Shown piece after piece: positions 1-8,422 of a stretch of 64,000 nucleotides of DNA; the stretch's first letter is position 1; the number at the start of each line of letters is the position of its first letter. Location: the NCBI GenBank assembly GCA_040755855.1, contig JBFMAD010000006.1:64001-128000 (forward strand). The letters are read 5' to 3'. The notes under the pieces were generated by a model. That model had not been told where the DNA came from. It worked only from the letters and a program-made list of their open reading frames with translations, and did not search any database. Made by a program: the position numbers and the translations under genes. This DNA is from Planctomycetota bacterium (GTDB taxonomy: Bacteria; Planctomycetota; Brocadiia; JAADGH01).

Positions 1-258
1 GGACTGTCCAACCAGAAAAGGGACTTAGATGTGCTCCAGGTACTCGGCCTGTGCTATGGCAGCACGATGAAGGCGAAGGATCTCTATCGGCTCATCTTTG
101 AGAGGATTCCCACAACCAGAGAAGTCTGCCGCAGGCAGAATCTGCCCCCCTCCGTCTGGTGGGATGGCTGCGGGGAGAACAATGACAGGAACCCGCGAGG
201 GAACGAGAACTACGAAAAGGGCAGGGAGATGCTGAAGAAGGAATTCGAACTGATCTGA
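1..258 (+). CDS. 3' end of a hypothetical protein truncated by the window edge (possibly DUF1284-like)
   Basis: Open frame from base 1 (GLSNQKRDLDVLQVLGL...) to TGA at 258. The family guess rests on weak motif resemblance only. Confidence 0.55.
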   Translation, partial: GLSNQKRDLDVLQVLGLCYGSTMKAKDLYRLIFERIPTTREVCRRQNLPPSVWWDGCGENNDRNPRGNENYEKGREMLKKEFELI

Positions 259-410
259 CCCGTGCGCGGGGGCGGCGGATAGGACGAAGATTCGCTCAGA
301 AGCAGCGCAAACGCCCTGTGTCAGTCTGTGGTGCGTAGCCCCCGTACAGCAAGACGGAGGCGGCCAACTCCACCTCCGTTTGCATGAATCCCCCCCGACC
401 GTCGGCACGG

Positions 411-1094
411 TCAATCTTTGAAGAACTCCACGTCGGTCTTCTTGAGCATGCTCTTGTTATATTTCTTGAGTTTCATGGGCGCCATCCCCGTCTCGGATCC
501 CGGGATGCTCCACGTCACAACATTCGGTCGCGGGCCTTTGACGTCGTAGACGAAACCGTCGTGGATACAGGCAAGCGACCAACCGCAGGCCCCCGGCGCA
601 ACTGTCAGGTCCGTCTTGAGCATCTCCTGAATCCTCTTGTAACCCACCTTGTCGGCGACGGACCGCTCCTCCTTGAAATAGTTCACCAGGCTTATGAGGG
701 GGTACTTCCTGGCTTCCGGCGTCTTTTCGGTCTTGTCCTTCTCGTTCTTCTTTGGGGGAGTGTAGTAGAAGTGGGCGTCGCCGCCATAGGCGCTGAACTT
801 CACCGGCTCCTTTCCCTTCTTGTTGTCAATGAACACGAGAAAGAACATATACCCCTCGCCCTTGTCCTCCTTCACCAGCTTACGGCACCGCTCGTGGACT
901 TCCGGGTCAACGCAGTCGAGGGGGATAATGGTGTACTCGACGCCCAGTTCCTTGTCTGTGATTTCCCAGCAGACGGGTCCCGGAGGTCGAGAGATCTCTT
1001 TCTTCGCGTCCTTTTTCGCGTCCTTCTTTTCCTGTGCCACCGAGCAGTTGCAGATCAATGCAAAAATGATACTCAGGATGAACCAGCGTTTCAT
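411..1094 (-). CDS. Hypothetical secreted protein
   Basis: 227 aa; GGAGG SD; signal peptide MKRWFILSIIFALICNCSVA. Confidence 0.8.
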   Translation of the reverse strand: MKRWFILSIIFALICNCSVAQEKKDAKKDAKKEISRPPGPVCWEITDKELGVEYTIIPLDCVDPEVHERCRKLVKEDKGEGYMFFLVFIDNKKGKEPVKFSAYGGDAHFYYTPPKKNEKDKTEKTPEARKYPLISLVNYFKEERSVADKVGYKRIQEMLKTDLTVAPGACGWSLACIHDGFVYDVKGPRPNVVTWSIPGSETGMAPMKLKKYNKSMLKKTDVEFFKD

Positions 1095-1354
1095 CGTTTA
1101 CACCTCCCGACCCCGCGTGCGCGGGGCATTTCTCCGGACAGACGCGAAACCGTCGGCATGTCCTTATTATTCTTGCCTATTCGCGGTCGAATGTCAAGCC
1201 CCCATTTGCATTTTTTCGCCTTCTCCTCTTCCCTTTTTGTAGTTGCGCCAAAGGCCGAAAAGGGCCTCCCGAGGACGCGATGCGAAGGGGGGGTGTTATC
1301 TCCTTTTTGAAGACATAGCAGTATTGCGCCGCGCCCTCGCGCGTATTTTTCCGG

Positions 1355-1469
1355 GAGTTCGTTTGGTAATTTTAAATGTTTCGCTCGTTCCGAGACTTCA
1401 CCTCGGAACCGAGCACTGGTCAGATTCCGCCCGGCTCCTCGATTATGTAGGGAGTTCGTTCGGTAATTT
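1355..1469. repeat. Two copies of the 18-bp motif GAGTTCGTT(T/C)GGTAATTT
   Basis: Copies at 1355-1372 and 1452-1469; three more at 33282-33352. Confidence 0.85.
1383..1414. repeat. REP-like palindrome (CTCGTTCC... type)
   Basis: GCTCGTTCCGAG-ACTTCAC-CTCGGAACCGAGC; related to 35028-35054. Confidence 0.55.
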
Positions 1470-1568
1470 CTACCCTTGTGGTGTAAATGAATGCATTCAT
1501 GGCGGTGACGCGGTACATTCTAACTCCATCGAACTCTTCCCCTATGGGCAGAAAGTCTTCATAGAAGT

Positions 1569-1597
1569 ACCATACCCCACAAATAAGGAGTTGTCAA
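1569..1597 (-). promoter_or_regulatory. Sigma70-type promoter, leftward
   Basis: TTGACA-N17-TATGGT on the minus strand; positional homologue of 33551-33579. Confidence 0.55.
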
Positions 1598-1776
1598 GCC
1601 CGATCAGAAAATACATTCTAAATAGATGTATATCACTTTCCTATTAGTGATGTTAGAACTCGGCGAAAAAATCACGACGGAGATGCACCCAAAGCCGACC
1701 CCGCCCTTGAAAGCCTCCGCAAAATCTGCTATCTGCAAGACATGTCGAAAACACGCCCCCGATGGAAGGAGACTGT

Positions 1777-3186
1777 ATGAGGCCCATGAATATGGTTGCG
1801 TGCGCTGTCACGACTTTAATGGCGGTTTATTTCACCGCCGCCCCGGCTCAGGAGAACAAACCCGTGGAACAACAAGCCAAAGCGGAGGGATACCAGGGCA
1901 TCTGGTACTACAACCAGAAACTCAAGAACGAATACGTCTACAAATACAGCGGCGGACTCGGCACCTATCCCTCCAACCACATCCCCTTCTCGATCTACTC
2001 GAAGGACGCGAACAAGACCTTCTTCGTCTATGGCGGACACGGCATCGTCAACGGCAAGCCCACGCTTTTGGAGATGGTCTCCCACTACGACCACACTACC
2101 GGCACGGTCCCGCGCCCGACGATCCTCATGGACAAAAAAACTGACGACGCCCACGACAATCCCGTGATCTCGCTGGATGAACAGGGCCACGTCTGGGTCT
2201 TCGCCAGTTCACACGGCACTGCCCGGCCGTCATATATCTTCAAGAGCCGGAAGCCATACGACACGGACGCCTTCGACCTGGTCCTCGAAACGAACTTCTC
2301 CTACCCCGAGCCATGGTACTTCAAGGGCAAGGGATTCCTCTTCCTTCACACGCGCTATCAGAAGGGCCGGTGCCTCTACTCCATGACCAGCGCCGACGGT
2401 ATAAACTGGTCGGAGGGCCGGATGCTTGCCAAGATCGCCCAGGGGCATTACCAGGTAAGCTGGCCCTGCGGGGAGAAGGTCGGCACGGCCTTCAACTACC
2501 ACCCTGCCAAGGGCGGCCTGAACTGGCGGACAAATCTCTATTACATCCAGTCCGACGACTTCGCCAAGACCTGGAAGAACGTCCAGGGCGAGGCGGTTGA
2601 TGTCCCCTTGACCGAGATCAAGAACAAGGCCCTCGTTCACGACTACGAGGCGGAAAAACTCCTCGTCTATATCCAGGACATCAACTACGACGCGGCAGGC
2701 AATCCGATCATCCTCTATATCACGAGCAAGGGCTTCGAGTCCGGTCCCGAGAACGGTCCCCGCGTCTGGACCACGGCGCGGTGGACGGGCGTGGAGTGGG
2801 ACATCCGCGGCACAATCGCCTCCGACAACAATTATGACACCGGCGGCCTGCATATCGAACCGGATGGGACATGGCGGATCATCGGCCCCACCGAGACCGG
2901 TCCCCAGCCCTACAACCCCGGCGGCGAGATCGCCGTCTGGACCAGCACCGACCAGGGCAAGACGTGGACGAAGCTGCGGCAGGTCACGAAGGACAGCCCG
3001 TTCAACCACACCTACGCCCGGCGTCCGGTCAATGCGCACCCCGACTTCTACGCCTACTGGGCCGACGGCCACGGGCGGCAGCCGTCCGAGTCGCGGCTCT
3101 ACTTCTGCAATCAGACCGGCGAGAAGGTCTTCCGCCTGCCTTACACGATGAAGGCCGATCAGGAGAAGCCGGAACAGGTGAAATAG
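1777..3186 (+). CDS. Secreted BNR-4 repeat (Asp-box beta-propeller) protein
   Basis: AAGGAG SD, signal peptide, DAHDNP motif, Asp-boxes SADGINW, SDDFAKTW, STDQGKTW. Confidence 0.85.
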   Translation: MRPMNMVACAVTTLMAVYFTAAPAQENKPVEQQAKAEGYQGIWYYNQKLKNEYVYKYSGGLGTYPSNHIPFSIYSKDANKTFFVYGGHGIVNGKPTLLEMVSHYDHTTGTVPRPTILMDKKTDDAHDNPVISLDEQGHVWVFASSHGTARPSYIFKSRKPYDTDAFDLVLETNFSYPEPWYFKGKGFLFLHTRYQKGRCLYSMTSADGINWSEGRMLAKIAQGHYQVSWPCGEKVGTAFNYHPAKGGLNWRTNLYYIQSDDFAKTWKNVQGEAVDVPLTEIKNKALVHDYEAEKLLVYIQDINYDAAGNPIILYITSKGFESGPENGPRVWTTARWTGVEWDIRGTIASDNNYDTGGLHIEPDGTWRIIGPTETGPQPYNPGGEIAVWTSTDQGKTWTKLRQVTKDSPFNHTYARRPVNAHPDFYAYWADGHGRQPSESRLYFCNQTGEKVFRLPYTMKADQEKPEQVK

Positions 3187-3216
3187 AGGAAGCAGAAGAG
3201 ACGTGGCTACGGAGGA

Positions 3217-4113
3217 TCACCGCCGCGCGACAATGTCCATGACCGGGCCAGGGAAGATGCGGCGCAGGAGCGGGCCGGGCCAGTCGTCGCCATCGGCGAA
3301 CCGCCTCACCCGTTCGCAGAGGCGGGGGCAGCATTTCTCGACAGCCCGGATGAGCTTCGCATGGTGCGGGGGAAAGGCGATCGGCGCGATGAGGAACCGG
3401 AAGAAGACCGTCGAGACGCCCGCGTCCAAGTGAACCACATCGAACCCCGCCGCCCGAAGCGCAGCCCGGAGGCTGTCCGGCGAAAAATGGAAGAGGTGAT
3501 AGGGAACGGCCCAGCCACTCCACCGCATACCCAGGACCCTGGCATCGTAGCTCCCACAATTCACGATGCGGATGACAAGGACGCCATCGGGTTTGAGCCA
3601 TCGGCGGCATCGCCGCAGGACGGTCCCCGGTTGGGACAGGTGCTCCAGCGCATCCCAGAATGTGACGACATCAAAGGTCCCCTCCGGGAAGTCCGCCTCA
3701 GTCGCACTCTTGGCGATCACGTTGACACCGAGCCGCCGGCGGGCCTCCTCTGCGGCCCAGGTGGAGACCTCGATTCCTTTGACCTCCCACCCCCGCCGGG
3801 CCGCCTCGGCCAGAAACCCGCCCGTGCCGCAGCCGACATCAAGAAGTGCGCCCGGCGTTTTGAATCGCTCGACCAGGGCGATACGCCCCGCCGCCGAGTG
3901 TTCGGCGCGACTTTTTGTCTCGACGCAGACGCTGTGGAAATAGGGCTCGTCGTACAGGTGCGCCATCTCCTGCGGCGTCGGGGGGGCGTCGAGAAATCCG
4001 AGACCACATGCGCCGCAACGCGCCAGCCGCCGGCCGCTGATGACTTTCCATGGCCGGATTTTCGCAGAGCTACAGATCGCGCAGATTTGGGTCTCAGGGG
4101 TCCACATAGTCAT
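3217..4113 (-). CDS. Class I SAM-dependent methyltransferase with N-terminal CxxC-CxxC zinc ribbon
   Basis: LLDVGCGTG, FDVVTFWDALEH, PYHL; ATGA overlap with the upstream methyltransferase. Confidence 0.9.
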   Translation of the reverse strand: MTMWTPETQICAICSSAKIRPWKVISGRRLARCGACGLGFLDAPPTPQEMAHLYDEPYFHSVCVETKSRAEHSAAGRIALVERFKTPGALLDVGCGTGGFLAEAARRGWEVKGIEVSTWAAEEARRRLGVNVIAKSATEADFPEGTFDVVTFWDALEHLSQPGTVLRRCRRWLKPDGVLVIRIVNCGSYDARVLGMRWSGWAVPYHLFHFSPDSLRAALRAAGFDVVHLDAGVSTVFFRFLIAPIAFPPHHAKLIRAVEKCCPRLCERVRRFADGDDWPGPLLRRIFPGPVMDIVARR

Positions 4114-4997
4114 CTTGGCCGAGCGACGGCGGTGACTTCCCTCCCGGTGAAGGCGCCCCGGATCAGCCGGAAGGAACGGCTTTCTCCGCGCGCGGCAGGG
4201 ACAGCCGACAGTGCGGGACACGGGCCCTTACCCTTTTGCACCGCATCATCCGCCAATCCGGGCCGCCCGCGCAACAAATTCCGCAAGGACCAGACAAGGG
4301 TGGAGATTTTCGTTTCCATGCGCCCAACGACGAACCCATTCCTATCCAGGAGATTCCGGAGGGTCATGGGGGTAAAATGACTCATGTGCAGGGGCAGGGA
4401 CCAGTGCGGCCAGTTCCTGCCATAAACCCATGCGTCGAAGCTCCCGCAGTTGGGCGCGCGAACGATCAGCGCGCCGTCGGGTTTCAGCAAGATCTTCATC
4501 CTGCGCACGACCGCCGATGGGTCGCGCATGTGTTCCAGGGAATCCCAGAGGGTGATCACATCGAAGGACGACGCCGGCAGGTCAATCTCCAAAATGTCGC
4601 CGACATGCACAACATTGCCCAGTTTTGCACGGGCCTTTTCGGCCGGATAGCCAAGCACCTCTACGCCGACGACGGACCACCCCTGCTCTCGCGCTGCGAC
4701 CAAAAACGATCCCACGCCGCACCCCACGTCCAGGAGCCTTCCCCCGCCGCGAAACGGCGCAATTGCCGCAAGGCGGTCGGCGACGGCGCCCGGGGCGATC
4801 TCCTCCCGTTCGATCTCGCCACCGTACATCCCGCCGATGCGTTCCTCTGTCAGGAGCGCCTCCAATTCCTCCGGGGTTGGCCGAGGATTCAGATAGGCGA
4901 AGCCGCACTGCGTGCAGCGACAGATCACCCATCCGCCAATCCGTCTCCACGGCGTCTTGTCCCGCGAGCCGCATAGGGCGCAGTTCACCCGCTCCAT
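4110..4997 (-). CDS. Class I SAM-dependent methyltransferase with zinc ribbon (paralog of the adjacent gene)
   Basis: Starts MERVNCALCG; LLDVGCGVG, FDVITLWDSLEH. Confidence 0.9.
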   Translation of the reverse strand: MERVNCALCGSRDKTPWRRIGGWVICRCTQCGFAYLNPRPTPEELEALLTEERIGGMYGGEIEREEIAPGAVADRLAAIAPFRGGGRLLDVGCGVGSFLVAAREQGWSVVGVEVLGYPAEKARAKLGNVVHVGDILEIDLPASSFDVITLWDSLEHMRDPSAVVRRMKILLKPDGALIVRAPNCGSFDAWVYGRNWPHWSLPLHMSHFTPMTLRNLLDRNGFVVGRMETKISTLVWSLRNLLRGRPGLADDAVQKGKGPCPALSAVPAARGESRSFRLIRGAFTGREVTAVARPR

Positions 4998-4999
4998 AG

Positions 5000-6139
5000 C
5001 TATTTCCTCGATTCCGCAGCCATCTTCAGCCGACCGACCAGATAGCCGATCCCCGACAAGAGCCGCCAGCAGAGGGCATAGACGAAAACCGCCGGAACCA
5101 TGTACAGGCGGTCGCGTTCCCTGATCGTATGCCGCACGCTTCGCAACACGACGTGAAGCAGGTGCAGCGTGAATCCCACGACCGCCGACCAGGAGAACAG
5201 GATATGGAGGTCGGAGCGAATCGCCAGCGCTCCGACAAAGAAGATGCCAAGGTGCATGAACGCCAAGGGCGCCTCGACGTCCCGCAGCCGCACGCGAAAC
5301 GTGAAGCTGGCCGCCGTTAATGCCGCATAGCCGGCGAAAGCCGCCCAGGGGCAGAGGAAGATGAGCGGGACCAGAATAAAGGCTATCAGCGTGGCCAGGA
5401 ACGCCCGCGTCTCCAGGCCGTCGTAGCCGTAGTCGCGGTAGAGTTTCGCCGCCGCGCCGCCGTACTGCATGGCCTTTTTGAGGAGGACCGATTTCAAACT
5501 GCGCTGGTGGGAGGAGAAGACATACCGGATACGGGCCTCGCCGCTGAGCATGATCTTGTAGCCGGCCTTCTTCATCTCCATTGAGAGGGCCGTATCCTCG
5601 CCGGCGACGAAGTAGGACTTGTCGTCGAAGTATCCTAACTCGCGGATCACACTGCCGCGATAAGCGTCGCACTTGTCCCGGAAGAACGCGGTTTCCTCAA
5701 GCTTGCCCGTTGGATTGAGAAATTGCTGCGGAGCGATGGAGTCGAAGAGCTTTTCGGAGAATTCCAGCGTAGACCGGTCGGCGATGAAGCGCTGCGAAAC
5801 CACGGCGCCGACCTTCAGGTCGCTGAAGGGCGCGACCATCTGCGCGATCCAATGTTCCGTCTCGGGGATGCAGTCAGCATGGAGCACCATCAGGATTTCG
5901 CCCTTCGCATCCTTTAGGCCGACATTCATGCTCCGGGCGAGGCCGAGGTTTCGCTCGTTGACGATCTGCTTCACCCCGTCGAAACCGCCGACGATCTCCG
6001 CTGTGCGGTCGGTGGAGTGGTCGTTGACGACAATGATCTCCTTCGGCTCGTAGTTCTGTCTCTTGAGCGCGTCGAGAACATCGGCTATGGTTTCTTCCTC
6101 GTTGTGCGCAGGGACGACGATGGAAACGAGATCGGCCAC
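5000..6139 (-). CDS. Glycosyltransferase family 2 with C-terminal TM helices
   Basis: VSIVVPAHNEE, VNDHSTD, HAD, GED motifs; hydrophobic C-terminus. Confidence 0.9.
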   Translation of the reverse strand: MADLVSIVVPAHNEEETIADVLDALKRQNYEPKEIIVVNDHSTDRTAEIVGGFDGVKQIVNERNLGLARSMNVGLKDAKGEILMVLHADCIPETEHWIAQMVAPFSDLKVGAVVSQRFIADRSTLEFSEKLFDSIAPQQFLNPTGKLEETAFFRDKCDAYRGSVIRELGYFDDKSYFVAGEDTALSMEMKKAGYKIMLSGEARIRYVFSSHQRSLKSVLLKKAMQYGGAAAKLYRDYGYDGLETRAFLATLIAFILVPLIFLCPWAAFAGYAALTAASFTFRVRLRDVEAPLAFMHLGIFFVGALAIRSDLHILFSWSAVVGFTLHLLHVVLRSVRHTIRERDRLYMVPAVFVYALCWRLLSGIGYLVGRLKMAAESRK

Positions 6140-6266
6140 ACCGATTCCTTACAATAAAACTCGCTCGGTACTTTTTAGCCGTAGATGGTAACACGGCGCC
6201 CAATGTAAATCTATGGACAATTTGCGCCTCGAAGCCCCGCTCGTCAAACCATATGCCTTTCCGCGC

Positions 6267-6295
6267 TTGACTTGCGCCCGAAACTGCCTTAGACT
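6267..6295 (+). promoter_or_regulatory. Sigma70-type promoter
   Basis: TTGACT-N17-TAGACT upstream of the 6360 CDS. Confidence 0.55.
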
Positions 6296-6359
6296 GACGC
6301 GGGATTCGGATTTCGAGCAAGGCGCGCCGAACATGCAATTCTGATGTAGGAAACCATGT

Positions 6360-7238
6360 ATGATTCACCGTGTTGTACGCCTTCTTGCGATAGGGCTTAT
6401 TGTGTGCTGCATCCCTCCAAACAGCGGGGGCGCCGCAGCCGCCGATACGAAAGAACGGATTGCGATTGTTGACTTCGATGTGCAGGGCGACGTGGGCATT
6501 GCGGATGCGGGCAAGATCGTCCCCCGGCTGCTTCTATCTGAATTCGCTGAGAAATATGAGATGGTGACGCGGACGCAATTGCAGGCGCTCTTGACCGAGA
6601 AAAACCTTCAGGTGAGCGACCTGATGGACGCCGACAAGGCAAAACAATACGGCAAGCTCATCCCCGTGAAGTACCTTGTGGTGGGGGAGGTGATGAAAGG
6701 GGCGGAATACTGGATGACGGCGCAACTCGTCGAGGTCGGGCCTGGCATCATCCGCAGCCCCCGAAAGGTCTCCGCGTCCACCTACCAGGAACTGGAAAAG
6801 AAGATCCCTCTCCTCGGAAAACTCCTCTTGATGGATGACGAACGCTACAAGAACTGGCAGGATGCAACAGGAAACACCGAGAAGCGCGCCCTTCTGGGCG
6901 ACTTGATTGTCCAGTATCCTAAAATTCTGGAGTTCAACAGCGGCGACTTTGCGTATGCGTCCTACCACGGTGGGATCGTCGTGCGCAACAACCGCACCGG
7001 CGCGGAAGAGATCATCTGGGCGGGCGAACCCGGCCATCCCGTCTCTGGAGACTTCAAGAAAAACCTGGACGACAGTGCGGACCTCCGAATGCGCATGGGG
7101 TCGGCTCTCTCGGACGAGGTATCCATCTTCAATGACGCTCTGCGCGTTCAGGTGTTCCAGGGCGGCGGGATGATCTTCGAGACGCGGACCGCGATCACCT
7201 GGCGCAGCGTCCACGAGATGCGCCGCCTCCGGAGATAG
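6360..7238 (+). CDS. Secreted protein with CsgG/TolB-N-like domain and LGFP-like C-terminus
   Basis: Signal peptide; IAIVDF...RTQLQALL.E...GKL..VKYLVVG pattern; C-terminal MGSALSDE...QVFQGG. Confidence 0.7.
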   Translation: MIHRVVRLLAIGLIVCCIPPNSGGAAAADTKERIAIVDFDVQGDVGIADAGKIVPRLLLSEFAEKYEMVTRTQLQALLTEKNLQVSDLMDADKAKQYGKLIPVKYLVVGEVMKGAEYWMTAQLVEVGPGIIRSPRKVSASTYQELEKKIPLLGKLLLMDDERYKNWQDATGNTEKRALLGDLIVQYPKILEFNSGDFAYASYHGGIVVRNNRTGAEEIIWAGEPGHPVSGDFKKNLDDSADLRMRMGSALSDEVSIFNDALRVQVFQGGGMIFETRTAITWRSVHEMRRLRR

Positions 7239-7282
7239 ACCTGACGCCGTCTTCTCGCGTTGAGCCTCCGTCGCGGTCCCCC

Positions 7283-8353
7283 CTACCTCGGCATGGGCAT
7301 AATCGTTACCGCCGGGAAGAGGGAGACGTGGACGACGCGGTCGCTGAAGATGAGGCCCTTCGCGTCTATGCCGTTGCCGACGCAGCGGCCGATGGTCCCC
7401 GCGCCGGGCGTCCCCTCCGTGTGGTAGGGCGCAGCAAGGACGCGACGAAGGAATTGCTCGGCGGCCGTGCGGTCCGGCGGGACGGGGATGTGCCGGACGC
7501 AACTCAGCACGTCAATGGCGTACGAGTCCAGCACCTTCTCCCGGTGCTTGTAGAACAGCGATGAATTGCCGAACAGGTCCGCCCCTACGAATTCTCCGTT
7601 GCGCGCCACGACGACGCCGACGATCTGCCTCGGCAGGACGCGGCAGAATTCCTCGCGATACTCGCCGAGTTTGTTTGCCACATCGCGTTGGTTATAGACA
7701 TAGTTGAAGTCGCCCGTCGCCGATTCCTGTTTCAGCTCCCGCGCGGTCTCTGCGACGCCGCCCCATACCTCGCTCTGGTCGGCGGCCTTCTGCGCGCGGA
7801 CGCGGAGTTTCGCAGACGCCAAGTTTCCATCCGTCTTGAAGACCTCCGCCTTCTTCATCCACCGCCCCTGCTCGACGCAGTAGGCCGGCAGTTCGATCGG
7901 CGCGCTGTGCGGAGGCAGGAGGATGTCCTCGCGCAGGATGCGATTCTGTTTCCCGCCGACGAGAATTTCTCCGGCCATGATGAACACATACTCGGCGGCC
8001 CGATTCTGCACCAGGAGCACGGGGACCTGCCCCTCGCCCTTCTCGGTGATGACAATGGCGTTCTGCCGCAGGGCCTCGTCAAGAGTCAACGGCGCGATCC
8101 CAAGTTCATATCCTGCAACCTGCACCGGAAATACAGTAAGGCCGCGGTAGTGGTGGCCGTTGAGCACTTGGCATCGAGCCGCCAGGTCGGCAACAGGATT
8201 GTGCGCGGGGATCGGCGGGCGCGGCGGGCGGACGATCCTCCCGTCGGTCTGCTGCCCCTGTCCCTTCTTGTAGTCCGACTTCAGCTCAGCCGCATTGACG
8301 ATTCCGACACATGCCACCGACATCATAAACGCGAGAAATGCTCTCCGCTCCAT
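7283..8353 (-). CDS. Secreted DUF6569 / ARPP-1-like domain protein
   Basis: Signal peptide; GEILVGGKQNR and YCVEQGRW motifs; Q.EVW..V. Confidence 0.75.
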   Translation of the reverse strand: MERRAFLAFMMSVACVGIVNAAELKSDYKKGQGQQTDGRIVRPPRPPIPAHNPVADLAARCQVLNGHHYRGLTVFPVQVAGYELGIAPLTLDEALRQNAIVITEKGEGQVPVLLVQNRAAEYVFIMAGEILVGGKQNRILREDILLPPHSAPIELPAYCVEQGRWMKKAEVFKTDGNLASAKLRVRAQKAADQSEVWGGVAETARELKQESATGDFNYVYNQRDVANKLGEYREEFCRVLPRQIVGVVVARNGEFVGADLFGNSSLFYKHREKVLDSYAIDVLSCVRHIPVPPDRTAAEQFLRRVLAAPYHTEGTPGAGTIGRCVGNGIDAKGLIFSDRVVHVSLFPAVTIMPMPR

Positions 8354-8422
8354 GACACTCCTCCTTCCACCAAAGGGACTGCCGGGCGGCGCCCCGGCCG
8401 CCCGGTCCTTTTCTCCGCGAGA

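Noticed and set aside
349..383. Hairpin GCAAGACGGAGG...CCTCCGTTTGC
   Set aside because: Most simply a terminator-like stem between convergent genes; no U-tract and no second copy to support more.
4998..5672. N-terminal extension of the 520-aa ORF 4110..5672
   Set aside because: It overlaps the GT2 gene in another frame; methyltransferase similarity starts at MERVNC (4997).
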